64,000 nucleotides of DNA from Tepidisphaera sp. (GTDB lineage: Bacteria; Planctomycetota; Phycisphaerae; Phycisphaerales; UBA1924). This document shows, in pieces, positions 33,106-42,709 of this stretch. The stretch lies in contig CP051526.1 of assembly GCA_050916045.1 (NCBI GenBank), forward strand, positions 1,984,001-2,048,000, written 5' to 3'. Under the pieces are notes generated by a model that saw nothing but the letters and a program-made list of their open reading frames with translations, ran no database searches and had not been told where the DNA came from. Positions within the stretch are counted from its first letter, which is position 1; the number at the start of each line of letters is the position of its first letter. The position numbers and the translations under genes are program-made.

Positions 33106-33264
33106 TGCGGACCGAAGAAAGCTCCACTCCAACCACGATCCCACTTCACCGCACGCGTAAACTCCGCAGCTTTCCGCGGCGGTGTTGCGCGGCATCCGCC
33201 CGCCAGCATCCAGGCCGCGGAATGTCGTGACCACGATCGGAAGTCCCCCGAGTGGAGATCCGCG

Positions 33265-33588
33265 ATGAAGTGCCCCGTCTGCCCCGACGTCGTTCTGAGT
33301 GTTGGCAACCGCGAAGGCATCGAGATCGACTACTGCCCAAGGTGCCGCGGCATCTGGCTCGATCGCAACGAACTCGACAAGATCATCGAGCGTTCCGCAA
33401 GGCTTGATTCCGACCTTCACCACGAAAGCGACCGAAGCCGCGGCTCCGCTCGCGCCCCCGAGCCCCACCAGGGGCAGCACCCGCAGCACTTCGGCTCAAG
33501 CAACGACAGCTCCCACGGAAACTTCCGCTACCAGGATCCCCATCGCAAGAAGAAGGGCGGCTGGCTCGGAGACCTGCTGGACTTCTAA
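33265..33588 (+). CDS. zf-TFIIB-type zinc ribbon protein
   Basis: MKCPVC...EIDYCPRCRGIWLDRNELDKII...KKKGGWLGDLLDF. Confidence 0.92.
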   Translation: MKCPVCPDVVLSVGNREGIEIDYCPRCRGIWLDRNELDKIIERSARLDSDLHHESDRSRGSARAPEPHQGQHPQHFGSSNDSSHGNFRYQDPHRKKKGGWLGDLLDF

Positions 33589-33668
33589 CCCCGCGAGACG
33601 CCGCTTCGACGCGTGGTGGATGGATTCCCCGATCGCAGAGCCCTTTCGCGCCCAGACCCGCGCGCTCA

Positions 33669-33710
33669 TAAAACAAAACAACCCCGGCGGTGTGGGCGCC
33701 GGGGTCGTTC
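33669..33710 (-). terminator. Intrinsic terminator downstream of CHRD gene
   Basis: AACAACCCCGGCG-GTGTGGG-CGCCGGGGTCGTT hairpin with A-rich flank (U-tail on minus strand). Confidence 0.7.
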
Positions 33711-33734
33711 TCGCGACTGATCGAGATCGAGCAA

Positions 33735-34323
33735 TCAGTTCCGGCGGCGACGTGCCGCAAAGAGCCCTGCGACCGCGAGAACACCCGTCGCGCCCGGAGC
33801 CGGCACGAGGAACCCGCGGATCTCACCCCCGTGAAGGAGGTGGTGTGAATGTTGAAGTACGCCCGGCCTTCGGCGAACGAAGCCAGCATCCGGTTCATCG
33901 CCTGCGAGATCGTGCCCCCGCTCGCGGTGATGAACGCCGCGTTGTACGAGCTGGCAAGGGTGAGGTCGAAGGTACGCTCGTAGTGGCCAGAGGAGACGCC
34001 GGTCGGGAAGCCGGGGAAGCTCGGGGTGGGCGTCATCACGCCGGCGGTTCCGGCGAAGGGGGTGACGGTGGGCCCGTGGATGTGGGCAGCCGTGACGGTA
34101 CCGATCAGGTCGCTGAAATCAGCCACGATGTGCATGGTCGCGAGGTCGAGGTCGATGGTGATGGTGGCGAACCCGGTCCCGGGGGAGTTGTTGGGCGGGC
34201 TTCGGCGGGCCCGCTCATGGACGCGGTGTAGACGATCTCGTGGGCCGCGGCCGAGCCGGCAGAGAGAAGCAGCGAAGCGGCGAAGAACGCGGATCGGGAA
34301 AGGAAGGACGACGATGCTGACAT
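33735..34323 (-). pseudogene. CHRD-domain PEP-CTERM protein with two single-base frameshifts
   Basis: Signal peptide + MSGPAE / PPNNSPGTG...TAAHIHGP...AYFNIHT.SF / GGEIRGFLVPAPGA...ARRRRN*; one base missing at ~34197 (C run) and ~33828 (G run). Confidence 0.8.
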
Positions 34324-34545
34324 GGTGATCTCCAGACTCTGCTCAAGCGAGCAATGGGCGGCGTGGTCCGAAGGGACGTGCGACAAGCACGTCGGGCAAG
34401 CCGAACTTCCGAACTTGGACCTCGGGGTTGTCGGACATCGGCGCGCGGCGACAGACGCCTCACGCGCCTGCCGCTACGGGGACCACGTCATGAATGCGGA
34501 CCATCATTGCGACAATCCGCATAAAGAAACGTTTAAGTGGGGCGA

Positions 34546-34824
34546 TCAGGTGGGAAGGGAGTAGAAGCCCTGGCCGTGATCCTTGATCAGCTTGCGAGCG
34601 GCGAGCTCTTTCCAGACTTCCCGGGGGAACTGATTGGGCGGCTGGATCTGGTCGATGTCGGACTTCTTGCCGCCGGTCATCGGCTTGCCGGCGCCGAGGC
34701 TCGATTCCTGATCGAGACGCATGAGCTTGATGCGCTTCTTGAACGCACCCAGGGCTTGCTTGAGGACTTCTTCGGAGGGTGCTGGCTTGGGAGCGGCGCC
34801 GGGCGGGGTCGGAGTGGTGTCCAT
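34546..34824 (-). CDS. Conserved small hypothetical protein
   Basis: LKQALGAFKKRIKLMRLDQES.LG..PMTGGKKS.I..IQPPNQFPREVW.EL; TAGACT box upstream. Confidence 0.75.
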   Translation of the reverse strand: MDTTPTPPGAAPKPAPSEEVLKQALGAFKKRIKLMRLDQESSLGAGKPMTGGKKSDIDQIQPPNQFPREVWKELAARKLIKDHGQGFYSLPT

Positions 34825-34894
34825 GTCGTCACAGTCTACCGACAAACGGGGGCGGGTTGAGAGCAAGTGGGCCACGAGGCGCCGCGATGGGATG

Positions 34895-35299
34895 TCAGGC
34901 GGAGCGAACGAGCGTGGCACCCGCGAGCACCAGGAGGAGTCCGAGTCCGACGCTCGCCAGGACGTAGAGAGCGGCGGCGAGAATCCGCCCGGCGGCGAGG
35001 AGGGTGTGGGTTTCCCAGGCGAAGGCGGAAAAGGTCGTAAAGCCGCCGAGCAGGCCGACGAGAAGCGCGAGCCTCAGGTCTTCGCGGACGGAGTGGGCCA
35101 GCGCGGTGGCGAGGATGCCCATGGCCAAGCAGCCGATGAGGTTGACCGCGAGGGTGCCCCACGGGAACGCGGGGACGCTGGGAGCGGTCGGCTGGGGGAG
35201 GAAAGCTTGCGTGAGCGAGACCAGACCGAAGCGGGCGAGGGTGCCGACCGCGCCGGCGGCGGCGATCATCAGGACGCCCGCGGCGGAAGGGGGCGTCAC
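34895..35299 (-). CDS. crcB: Fluoride efflux channel Fluc/CrcB
   Basis: GAVGTLARF, FPWGTLAVNLIGC, GLLGGFTTFSAF..ET. Confidence 0.93.
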   Translation of the reverse strand: MTPPSAAGVLMIAAAGAVGTLARFGLVSLTQAFLPQPTAPSVPAFPWGTLAVNLIGCLAMGILATALAHSVREDLRLALLVGLLGGFTTFSAFAWETHTLLAAGRILAAALYVLASVGLGLLLVLAGATLVRSA

Positions 35300-36195
35300 T
35301 TCTTCTTGTCTCCGCCGAAGATGTCCTTGACGGCGTTGTCGAGGCCCTTCTGGACCTTGTCCTGGGCAGTCTTGGCGGCGTCGCCAAGGCCTTTCTCGAG
35401 CTGCTGGCGGGCGTTGTCGGCGGCTTTCTGGAGCTCGGTGCCGACCTGCGAGGTGACCTTGATGCCGAGTTCGTCGAGATTGCCGAGTGCGCCGAGCTGG
35501 GACTGGAGGTCAGAGAGCATGTCGGCGGGGATGATGCCGTTTCCGTTGGCGCTGGCGGTGGCGAGCACGGTGCGGACGACGATGCCGAGGATGTCGGACA
35601 TGGGGAGGCCGTTGCTTGCGGTTCCTAGGTCGGTGAGCTTGATCTCGTCGATGGGGACGACGAGGGAGCCGACGGGGAGGGAGGAGTCGAGCATGTCGAC
35701 CGTGACCTTGATGTCCCTGATGTCGAGGTCCTTGATGATGAACTTCTTGCCGGGCTCGGTCGAAGCCGGCGCGGGCTTGTCGGAGGAGGACTTGAGCTTG
35801 GCGAGGTTGTCGAGGATGACTTTGTAGTTGGTCTTGCCGTCCTTGCGTTCGAGGGTGACGCGGATGGTGGAGGCTTGGACCTTGGGGATTGTGACGACGT
35901 CCTCGCGGAGGGAGGCGACGGAGACCTGAACGGCGGCGTCGCCGAGAGACATGAACTGAGCGGCTTTGAAGCCTTCGGGGTTGGCGACGGTGAGGGAGTT
36001 GATGGCGGCTTTGCCGGAGAAGAGTCCGACATCGGCGGAGCCGAGGGAGGTTTTGGTGCCCAGGGCGTAGGTGCCGCCCTTCTCGACACCGAGCTTGACG
36101 AGGTCGTTGATGTAGTAGAGGCCGCCGGAGAGACCGACGACGAGGAAGAGAGCGACGAGGATGAGGGCGACGGCGAGCTTTTTGACCAGTTTCAT
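35296..36195 (-). CDS. AsmA-like N-anchored protein
   Basis: N-terminal TM; LTVANPEGF, TN...ILDNL, IPADM. Confidence 0.7.
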   Translation of the reverse strand: MKLVKKLAVALILVALFLVVGLSGGLYYINDLVKLGVEKGGTYALGTKTSLGSADVGLFSGKAAINSLTVANPEGFKAAQFMSLGDAAVQVSVASLREDVVTIPKVQASTIRVTLERKDGKTNYKVILDNLAKLKSSSDKPAPASTEPGKKFIIKDLDIRDIKVTVDMLDSSLPVGSLVVPIDEIKLTDLGTASNGLPMSDILGIVVRTVLATASANGNGIIPADMLSDLQSQLGALGNLDELGIKVTSQVGTELQKAADNARQQLEKGLGDAAKTAQDKVQKGLDNAVKDIFGGDKKK

Positions 36196-36216
36196 GAGGA
36201 TGATTCCGTGATGGGA

Positions 36217-37653
36217 TCAGTCGAGTTCGGAGGGGTCTGGGAGGCGAGCGGTGACCTTGACGGGCATCGCACCCGCGACGGCGCCGTTTCGGAGGATGGT
36301 GAATTCGACATCATCACCGGTGAGCCAGCCGCGTTCGAGCATGAGGGCGGCCAGGTCGAGGGAGGAGCGGACGACCGTGCTTCCGACGGCGAGGATGACG
36401 GTGCCGGGCTTGAATCCGGCGTCGGCGAAGGGCGAACCTTCGCGGATGAGTGTGACCATGACGCCCTGAGGCGTGTCGTCGACCTGGACGCCGGCGTGGC
36501 GGTCGAGGAAGAACGCGGGGTTGCCGACGAGGGCGGTGGCGGGCATCTCGCCGAGGATGACGGTCGAGTCGATGAACTTGGACTCGCGCCAGACGCGGAC
36601 GGTGACGGGCTGGCCGGGGCGGATGGAGCCGACGATACCGCGGAGGGCGGAGAAGGAGGGGACGGCTTGGCCGCTGATGGTCGTGACGACATCGCCGGGG
36701 CGGAGGCCGGCGGCGTCGGCGGGGCCGCGCGGCGTCACTTCGCGGATGACCAGGCCGGTGCCGCGGAAGCGGTCGCCCTCGTAGATCGCGAAGGACTCAG
36801 AGCGTCCAAAGCCGCTGGTGCCGAAGTTCAGGCCGAGGAAGCCGCGGAGGACGCGGCCGTTCTGGATGAGCTGCTCGGCGACGTACTCGACGGTGCTCAC
36901 GGGGATGGCGAAACTGATGCCGGCGGACTGGCCGTTCTCAGCGTTGGTGCCGCGTTCGGCGCGGGCGGTGGCGATGGCGACGTTCATGCCGACGACGCGG
37001 CCCTTGACATCGACGAGCGGACCGCCGGAGTTGCCGGGGTTGACGGCGGCGTCGGTCTGGATGAGGTTGGAGAAGCCGCCGAGCTCGACGGCGGGGCCCG
37101 CGACGCGGCCGAGGCCGGAGATGATGCCCTCGGACATCGAGAACTTGTAGCCGAAGGGGGAGCCGAAGGCGAAGACGCGGTCGCCCTGCTGCTGCACGAC
37201 GTCGGCAGCGCGGCGGGCGGCGAAGAGGCCGGGGATCGAGTCAACCTTGACGACGGCGACATCCGTGAGGGCGTCGGAGCCGACGACCTCGCCAGCGACG
37301 ACGAGGCCGTCGAAGAACTGGACGCTCACCTGTCGTGCGCCGCGGACGACGTGGGCGTTGGTGATGATGTGGCCCTGGGTGTCGAAGACCCAGCCGGAGC
37401 CGGTGGAGCCGCCGCGGGAGGTGCGGACGTCGAGGTGGACGACGGAGGGTTCGACGGCGGTGGCGATGGCGCGGGTGGCGGCGTTGATCTGCTCGAGGAT
37501 GGGCATCGCGTCGAGCTGCTGGGTGGCGGCTTGGACCTGAGCGGCGACGCGGACGGCGGAAGCCATCTGGACGGCGCGGGGTACGGCCCAGAGGGCTCCG
37601 ATGGCGACCATGAGGACGACGAGAGCCGGACCGAACGCGATGATCCTCCGCAT
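36217..37653 (-). CDS. HtrA/DegP-like serine protease with PDZ domains
   Basis: GSGWV..IITNAHVV, TDVAVVKV, IQTDAAVNPGNSGGPL; two PDZ-like domains. Confidence 0.93.
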   Translation of the reverse strand: MRRIIAFGPALVVLMVAIGALWAVPRAVQMASAVRVAAQVQAATQQLDAMPILEQINAATRAIATAVEPSVVHLDVRTSRGGSTGSGWVFDTQGHIITNAHVVRGARQVSVQFFDGLVVAGEVVGSDALTDVAVVKVDSIPGLFAARRAADVVQQQGDRVFAFGSPFGYKFSMSEGIISGLGRVAGPAVELGGFSNLIQTDAAVNPGNSGGPLVDVKGRVVGMNVAIATARAERGTNAENGQSAGISFAIPVSTVEYVAEQLIQNGRVLRGFLGLNFGTSGFGRSESFAIYEGDRFRGTGLVIREVTPRGPADAAGLRPGDVVTTISGQAVPSFSALRGIVGSIRPGQPVTVRVWRESKFIDSTVILGEMPATALVGNPAFFLDRHAGVQVDDTPQGVMVTLIREGSPFADAGFKPGTVILAVGSTVVRSSLDLAALMLERGWLTGDDVEFTILRNGAVAGAMPVKVTARLPDPSELD

Positions 37654-37741
37654 GTGCCGAATCCTCCTCGTGGGCGCATCCACGAACCAAGGAAGAGTAT
37701 CGGCGTCGCGGTCGCGGGGGCTTGGACTTCGCCGGGGGGGG

Positions 37742-38584
37742 TCAGAAGGTGGAGGGAGGAACGGATTCGCCGGGTTTCATGGTGTAGCGAGCGCCGCCGA
37801 CGGCGCGGCGGGCGACACGCGAGGTCCACTCGGCGGCGGCGGCGGTGATGGCGGGGCCGAGGGAAGCGACGGGCTCGGCGAAGCGGGGCGGGGAATCGGA
37901 CATGCCGAGGAGGTCGTGGACGACGAGGACCTGGCCGTGGCAGGCGGGGCCGGCACCGATGCCGATGAGGGGGGCGGAGGTGCGCTGCATGATGGCGGCG
38001 GTGACCTCGTCGGGGACGGCTTCGGCGAGGAGCATGACGGCGCCGGCTTGTTCGAGGGCGGCGGCGTCGTCGATGATGCGGGCGGCTTCATCGGAAGTGC
38101 GGCCGGCGGAGCCGTAGCCGCTGGTGAGGGCGGCTCGCTGGGGGCGGCTTCCGACGTGGGCGCAGACGGGGATTCCAGCGCGGGTCATTCGTTCGACGAG
38201 GGGTGCGAAGGAGGCGTCGGCTTCGAGCTTGACGATGTCGGCGCGGCCTTCGACGAGGAAGCGGCCGGCGTTGGCGATGGCGTCGTCGGGGGAGGCGTGG
38301 TAGGACATGAAGGGCATGTCGGCCATGACGACCACGTCGGGGGCGCCGCGTTTGACGCCGGCGGTGAGGGTGACCATGAAGTCGAGGGGGGCGTCGATGG
38401 TGCGGTCAAAGCCGAGGACCATCTCGGCGGCGGTGTCGCCGACGAGGAGGACGTGGACGCCGCCGCGCGCGAGGAGGCGGGCGGTGGTGGCGTCGTAGCA
38501 GGTGAGGCAGGAGAAGGGCCGCGACTCGGAAGCCATGCGGCGGAGGGTCTTGAGGGTGACCGGGCCGGGAGCGGGCGTATTCAT
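37742..38584 (-). CDS. panB: 3-methyl-2-oxobutanoate hydroxymethyltransferase
   Basis: LTCYDAT, LLVGDT, ADMPFMSY, VKLE, IGIGAG..CHGQVLVVHDLLG. Confidence 0.95.
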   Translation of the reverse strand: MNTPAPGPVTLKTLRRMASESRPFSCLTCYDATTARLLARGGVHVLLVGDTAAEMVLGFDRTIDAPLDFMVTLTAGVKRGAPDVVVMADMPFMSYHASPDDAIANAGRFLVEGRADIVKLEADASFAPLVERMTRAGIPVCAHVGSRPQRAALTSGYGSAGRTSDEAARIIDDAAALEQAGAVMLLAEAVPDEVTAAIMQRTSAPLIGIGAGPACHGQVLVVHDLLGMSDSPPRFAEPVASLGPAITAAAAEWTSRVARRAVGGARYTMKPGESVPPSTF

Positions 38585-38610
38585 CGGGGAAATCGTAGGG
38601 CGAGCGTTGG

Positions 38611-39891
38611 TCAGGGACGGGGGAGGCGCTGTTCAGCGGCGCGGGCGTGGGCTTCGAGGGATTCGAGGCGGGCGAAGCGGGCGGTGTCGGTGATGGATGA
38701 GGTTTCCGGCGAGGTCGGCGCGGCGTCGCGGCGAAGGAAGGTGCGGGCGCGGAGGAAGGTAAGGACGGAGAGGCCGGCGGAGAAGCGGGCGGAAGAGCTT
38801 GTGGGAAGGGTGTGGTTGGGGCCCAGGCCGTAGTCGCCGAAGACTTCGGCGGAAGCTTCGCCGAGGAAGACCGCGCCGGCGTGGAGGCAGCGGGAAGCGG
38901 CGGCTTGGGTGTCGGCGGTGAGGATCTCGAGGTGTTCGGGGGCGATGTCGTTGGTGAGGGCGATGGCGTGGTCGAGGGAGTCGCAGAGGATGATGCCGGA
39001 GTTTCGGGCGGCGCGGGCGGCTGTGGTGCGGTTGGGTTCGGGGAGGGCGAGGCACTGGGCTTCGAAGGCGCGGGCGACCTCGCGGGCGAGGGAGGGGGAG
39101 GTGGTGAGGAGGATGGCGCGGGCGTCGTCGTCGTGCTCGGCTTGGGCGAGGAGGTCGGCGGCGATGGTGTCGGGGGAGGCGGGGATGGTGTCGTGGAGGA
39201 TGGTGAGTTCGCTGGGGCCGGCGAGCATGTCGATGCCGACATCGCCGAAGACGAGTTTCTTGGCGGCGGTGACGAACTTGTTGCCGGGGCCGGCGATGAG
39301 GTCGACTGGGGCGAAGGAGAGGGAGGGGAGGCCGTAGGCGAGGGCGGCGATGGCGTGGGCTCCGCCGATGGTGAGCATGGCGTCGGCGCCGGCGACGATG
39401 GCGGCGGCGAAGGTGATGGGTGCGGGTTTGGGAGAGGCGACGATGATGCGCGGGACGCCTGCGGCGCGGGCGACGCACGCGGTCATGAGGACGGAGGAGG
39501 GGAGCGGATAGCGGCCGCCGGGGGCGTAGCAGCCGGCGGATTGGACGGGGATGAGCGTCTGGCCGGCGGTACCGGAAGGGATGGGGGTTTCGAAGTCGCG
39601 GATGGAGTCGCGCTGGGCGAGGGCGAAGGCGGTGATGCGGTCCGCGGCGCGGCGGAGGAGGTCGAAGTCGGCTTGGGGGACGGAGCGGGCGCGGAAGGCG
39701 ATCTCGTCGCGGTCGAGCAGGAGCGGGTCGCCGGGGGCGAGTTCGCGGAAAGTTTCGGCGAAGCGGCGGGCGGCGGGTTCGCCGTGCGCGCGGACGTCAG
39801 CGACGATGGACGCGACGGTCGCGAGGGTTTCGGCGGAGACGGGCGAGGTGCGGGCTCGCGCGAGGTCGGATGGGGTGATGATGTTCAGCAT
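38611..39891 (-). CDS. hisD: Histidinol dehydrogenase
   Basis: GCYAPGGRYPLPSSVLM, GPGNKFV, IDMLAGPSE, DLLAQAEHD, APEHLE, GDYGLGPNHTLPT. Confidence 0.97.
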   Translation of the reverse strand: MLNIITPSDLARARTSPVSAETLATVASIVADVRAHGEPAARRFAETFRELAPGDPLLLDRDEIAFRARSVPQADFDLLRRAADRITAFALAQRDSIRDFETPIPSGTAGQTLIPVQSAGCYAPGGRYPLPSSVLMTACVARAAGVPRIIVASPKPAPITFAAAIVAGADAMLTIGGAHAIAALAYGLPSLSFAPVDLIAGPGNKFVTAAKKLVFGDVGIDMLAGPSELTILHDTIPASPDTIAADLLAQAEHDDDARAILLTTSPSLAREVARAFEAQCLALPEPNRTTAARAARNSGIILCDSLDHAIALTNDIAPEHLEILTADTQAAASRCLHAGAVFLGEASAEVFGDYGLGPNHTLPTSSSARFSAGLSVLTFLRARTFLRRDAAPTSPETSSITDTARFARLESLEAHARAAEQRLPRP

Positions 39892-41189
39892 GAGGAGTTG
39901 GTGGAGGGTTTGGCGTTGCCGGGGCGGCGGGAGATGCGGAGGGCGCGGCGGGAGAGTTCGGATTCGACGTCGGCGAGGGAGAGGTTGTGGGCGGCGAGGG
40001 CGGCGGCGGTGAAATAGAGGACGTCGGCGGCTTCTTCGGTGATGCGGGTTGAGTTGGGGGAGGGAGCTTGGAGTTCGAGGGCGAGTTCGGCGGCTTCTTC
40101 GCGGAGTTTGGAGGTGAGGAGGGCGGGGTCGGAGAAGAGGCGGGCGGAGTAGGAGCCCTGAGGGGGGGAGCGGCGGCGATCGGCGAGGGTTTGCTCGAGG
40201 GCAGGGAAGCCGGGGAGGTCGCCCCAGCAGGTGGCGGTGTTCTGGTGGCAGAAACCGGGCGGGGCTTGCCGGACGGTGAAGCGAAGGCAGTCGCGGTCGC
40301 AGTCGAGGTCGATTTTGAGGAGCTTTTGGGTTGCGCCGCTGGTTTGGCCCTTGACCCAGAGGCCGCGTTTGCGGGAGTGGTAGACGCCGACACCGAGGCG
40401 GACGGCTTCGCGGAGGCTTTCGCGTGAGGAGTAGGTGAGGCCGAGGGCGCGGTGGTGTTCGTCGACAACGACGGTGGGGATGAGGTCGTCGGGGCGGTCG
40501 GAGGTGAGGGGAGCGGCGATGGCGTCGGCGAGGTCGATGGCTCCGGTGTAGATGGCCATGCCGACCTGGACGTCGATGCCGAGGCGGTCGAGGGCGGCGA
40601 TCTCTTCGGTGGTTTTGAGGCCTCCGGCGACGGTAAGCTTGGCTTGACCGACGGCGGGGAGGAGGGCGGCGGCCATGTCGACGGGGAGGCCGACCATGCG
40701 GCCTTCGCGTTCGACGAAGGTGACGAGGAAGCCGCCGACGAGGGGGGCGAGTTCGGCGAGGACGGTTTCTACGCGGCGGCCGGTGCCTTCACGCCAGCCT
40801 TTGACGACGACTTCGCCGTTGAAACAGTCGACGGCGGCGATGAGGCGTTCGCGGGGGATGCCTCGGGCGGCGAGGTCGGCGAGGAAGGCGGGGGTGGCGG
40901 CGGTGCCGATGATGACTTTGGAGGCTCCGGCGTCGAGCCAGCGGATGACGGCTTCGGGGGTGCGGATGCCGCCGCCGACGCGGCAGGCGTGATCGCGGAG
41001 GAGGGGCTCGATGAGGGCGGCGTTGCTGCCTGTTCCGATCGCGGCGTCGAGGTCGATGACGGCGATCTCGCCGGCGAGGGAGAACTTGGCGGCGATGGGC
41101 GCGGGGGGGCCGGCGTCGAGCTTTTTCTCGCGGCCGCCGATGAGCTGGACGGTGGAGCCGGCCATGAGGTCGATGGAGGGGATGATCAC
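39885..41189 (-). CDS. hisA/hisIE: HisA-HisI-HisE trifunctional fusion
   Basis: IIPSIDL..G..VQL, VGGGIRT (HisA); LWVKGQTSG, DCDRD..FCH...TC (HisI); GSYSARLF..KLREEA.E..EEAADVLY (HisE). Confidence 0.9.
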   Translation of the reverse strand: MIIPSIDLMAGSTVQLIGGREKKLDAGPPAPIAAKFSLAGEIAVIDLDAAIGTGSNAALIEPLLRDHACRVGGGIRTPEAVIRWLDAGASKVIIGTAATPAFLADLAARGIPRERLIAAVDCFNGEVVVKGWREGTGRRVETVLAELAPLVGGFLVTFVEREGRMVGLPVDMAAALLPAVGQAKLTVAGGLKTTEEIAALDRLGIDVQVGMAIYTGAIDLADAIAAPLTSDRPDDLIPTVVVDEHHRALGLTYSSRESLREAVRLGVGVYHSRKRGLWVKGQTSGATQKLLKIDLDCDRDCLRFTVRQAPPGFCHQNTATCWGDLPGFPALEQTLADRRRSPPQGSYSARLFSDPALLTSKLREEAAELALELQAPSPNSTRITEEAADVLYFTAAALAAHNLSLADVESELSRRALRISRRPGNAKPSTNSSC

Positions 41190-42709
41190 GCGGGGGCTCC
41201 TTCGAGGCGGACGCTCAGGCCGCGAGCGTCGAGGGCTTGTTTGACGGCGTGGACGGTGGTTTCGCCGTCGTGGAAGATACTTGCGGCGAGGAGGGCGGAG
41301 GCACCGGCCCCCACTGCTTGGGTGAGGTGGTCGGTGGTTTTGGCGCCGCCGGAGGCGATCACGGGGATGCGGACGGCCGCGGTGATGGCGCGGAGGAGGT
41401 CGAGGTCGTAGCCCAGGCCCGTGCCGTCGCGGTCCCAGCTGGTGAGGAGGATCTCGCCGGCGCCGAGTTCGGCACCGCGCTCGGCCCATTGCACGGCGTC
41501 GAGGCCGGTGCGGTCCTTGCCGGAGCGGGTGACGACTTCCCAAGTGATGGGATGCATGACGTTGTGGGTCTCGAGCATCTTGTCGCGGTCGATGGAGGGT
41601 GGAGCGGTGTCGGTGTCCATCGAACGAGGTTCGCTCTTGATGTGGCGACGATTGTCGATGCCGAAGTCCGCGGCCATGGCCGCGTCAATGGCTAGGACGA
41701 CGCACTGGCGGCCGAAGCGGGTGGCGAGTTCGGAGATGAGTTCGGGCCGCTGGACGGCGGCGGTGTTGACGCCGACTTTGTCGGCTCCGGCGTCAAGGAG
41801 GCGGGACGCGTCGTCGATGGTGCGCACGCCGCCACCGACGGTGAGGGGGATCGAGAGGACGCGGCGGATGGCGGCGACGGTTTTGGCGGCGGTCGAGCGG
41901 CCTTCGGGCGTGGCGGAGACGTCGAGCATGACGAGTTCGTCGGCGCCTTGGCGTTCGTATTCGGCGGCTTGCTGGACGGGGTCGCCGGCGTCGCGGAGGT
42001 TTTGGAACTTGATGCCCTTGACGACGCGGCCATCGCGGACGTCGAGGCATGGGATGATGCGGGTTGGGGGGCGCGACTCGACGGGTAGACCCTGACCTTC
42101 GTTCGAGGACTCACTCAGGTCAGGCGTCTGATTGAACCAATCGCGCAGCAGGTTGAGGCCGGCGGGGCCGGAGAGTTCGGGGTGGAACTGGCAGGCGAGG
42201 ATGTTGCCGCGGCGGAGGGCGGCGATGAAGGGCTGGCCGTAGACGGCGAGGGCGGGTTGCCAGCTTTCGGGGGCGGTATCGAGTTTGTAGGAGTTGGCGA
42301 AATAGGCCCACATGGTGGACTGATCGAACATGCGGACGCGGTTCCAGCCCATCTGCGGGATGGTGAGCGAGGTGGAGGTGAAGCGTGTGACGCGGCTTTT
42401 GATGATGCCGAGGCCGGGGACGCCGGGGGATTCGTCGCTTGCTTCGGCGAGGAGCTGTAGGCCCAGGCAGATGCCGAGGGTGTGCTGGTTGCGGGCGATG
42501 CGACCAACGAGCGGAGCGACGAGGTTCGCGCGATGAAGCTCGGTCATGGCGGCGCCGAAGGAGCCGACGCCGGGGAGGACGACGTGCGACGCGGAGGCGA
42601 CCGTTTCCGGGTCGCTGGTGAGCTCGGTTGCGATGCCCAGACGCTCGAAGGCGGCGAGGACGGAAGCGAGGTTCGCCGAGCCGGTCTTGATGATGTGGAC
42701 GGGGGGCAT
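41186..42709 (-). CDS. hisHF: Imidazole glycerol phosphate synthase HisH-HisF fusion
   Basis: LPGVGSF, GICLGLQLL, QFHPELSG (HisH) in frame with RIIPCLDV, GADELVMLDV, GAGEILLTSWDRDGT, IASGG (HisF). Confidence 0.93.
   Translation of the reverse strand: MPPVHIIKTGSANLASVLAAFERLGIATELTSDPETVASASHVVLPGVGSFGAAMTELHRANLVAPLVGRIARNQHTLGICLGLQLLAEASDESPGVPGLGIIKSRVTRFTSTSLTIPQMGWNRVRMFDQSTMWAYFANSYKLDTAPESWQPALAVYGQPFIAALRRGNILACQFHPELSGPAGLNLLRDWFNQTPDLSESSNEGQGLPVESRPPTRIIPCLDVRDGRVVKGIKFQNLRDAGDPVQQAAEYERQGADELVMLDVSATPEGRSTAAKTVAAIRRVLSIPLTVGGGVRTIDDASRLLDAGADKVGVNTAAVQRPELISELATRFGRQCVVLAIDAAMAADFGIDNRRHIKSEPRSMDTDTAPPSIDRDKMLETHNVMHPITWEVVTRSGKDRTGLDAVQWAERGAELGAGEILLTSWDRDGTGLGYDLDLLRAITAAVRIPVIASGGAKTTDHLTQAVGAGASALLAASIFHDGETTVHAVKQALDARGLSVRLEGAPA

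Noticed and set aside
34513..34541. dif site near the skew switch (AATCCGCATAA...)
   Set aside because: Only the XerC-like arm matches; no TTATGTTAAAT-like XerD arm, and it is part of a local inverted repeat
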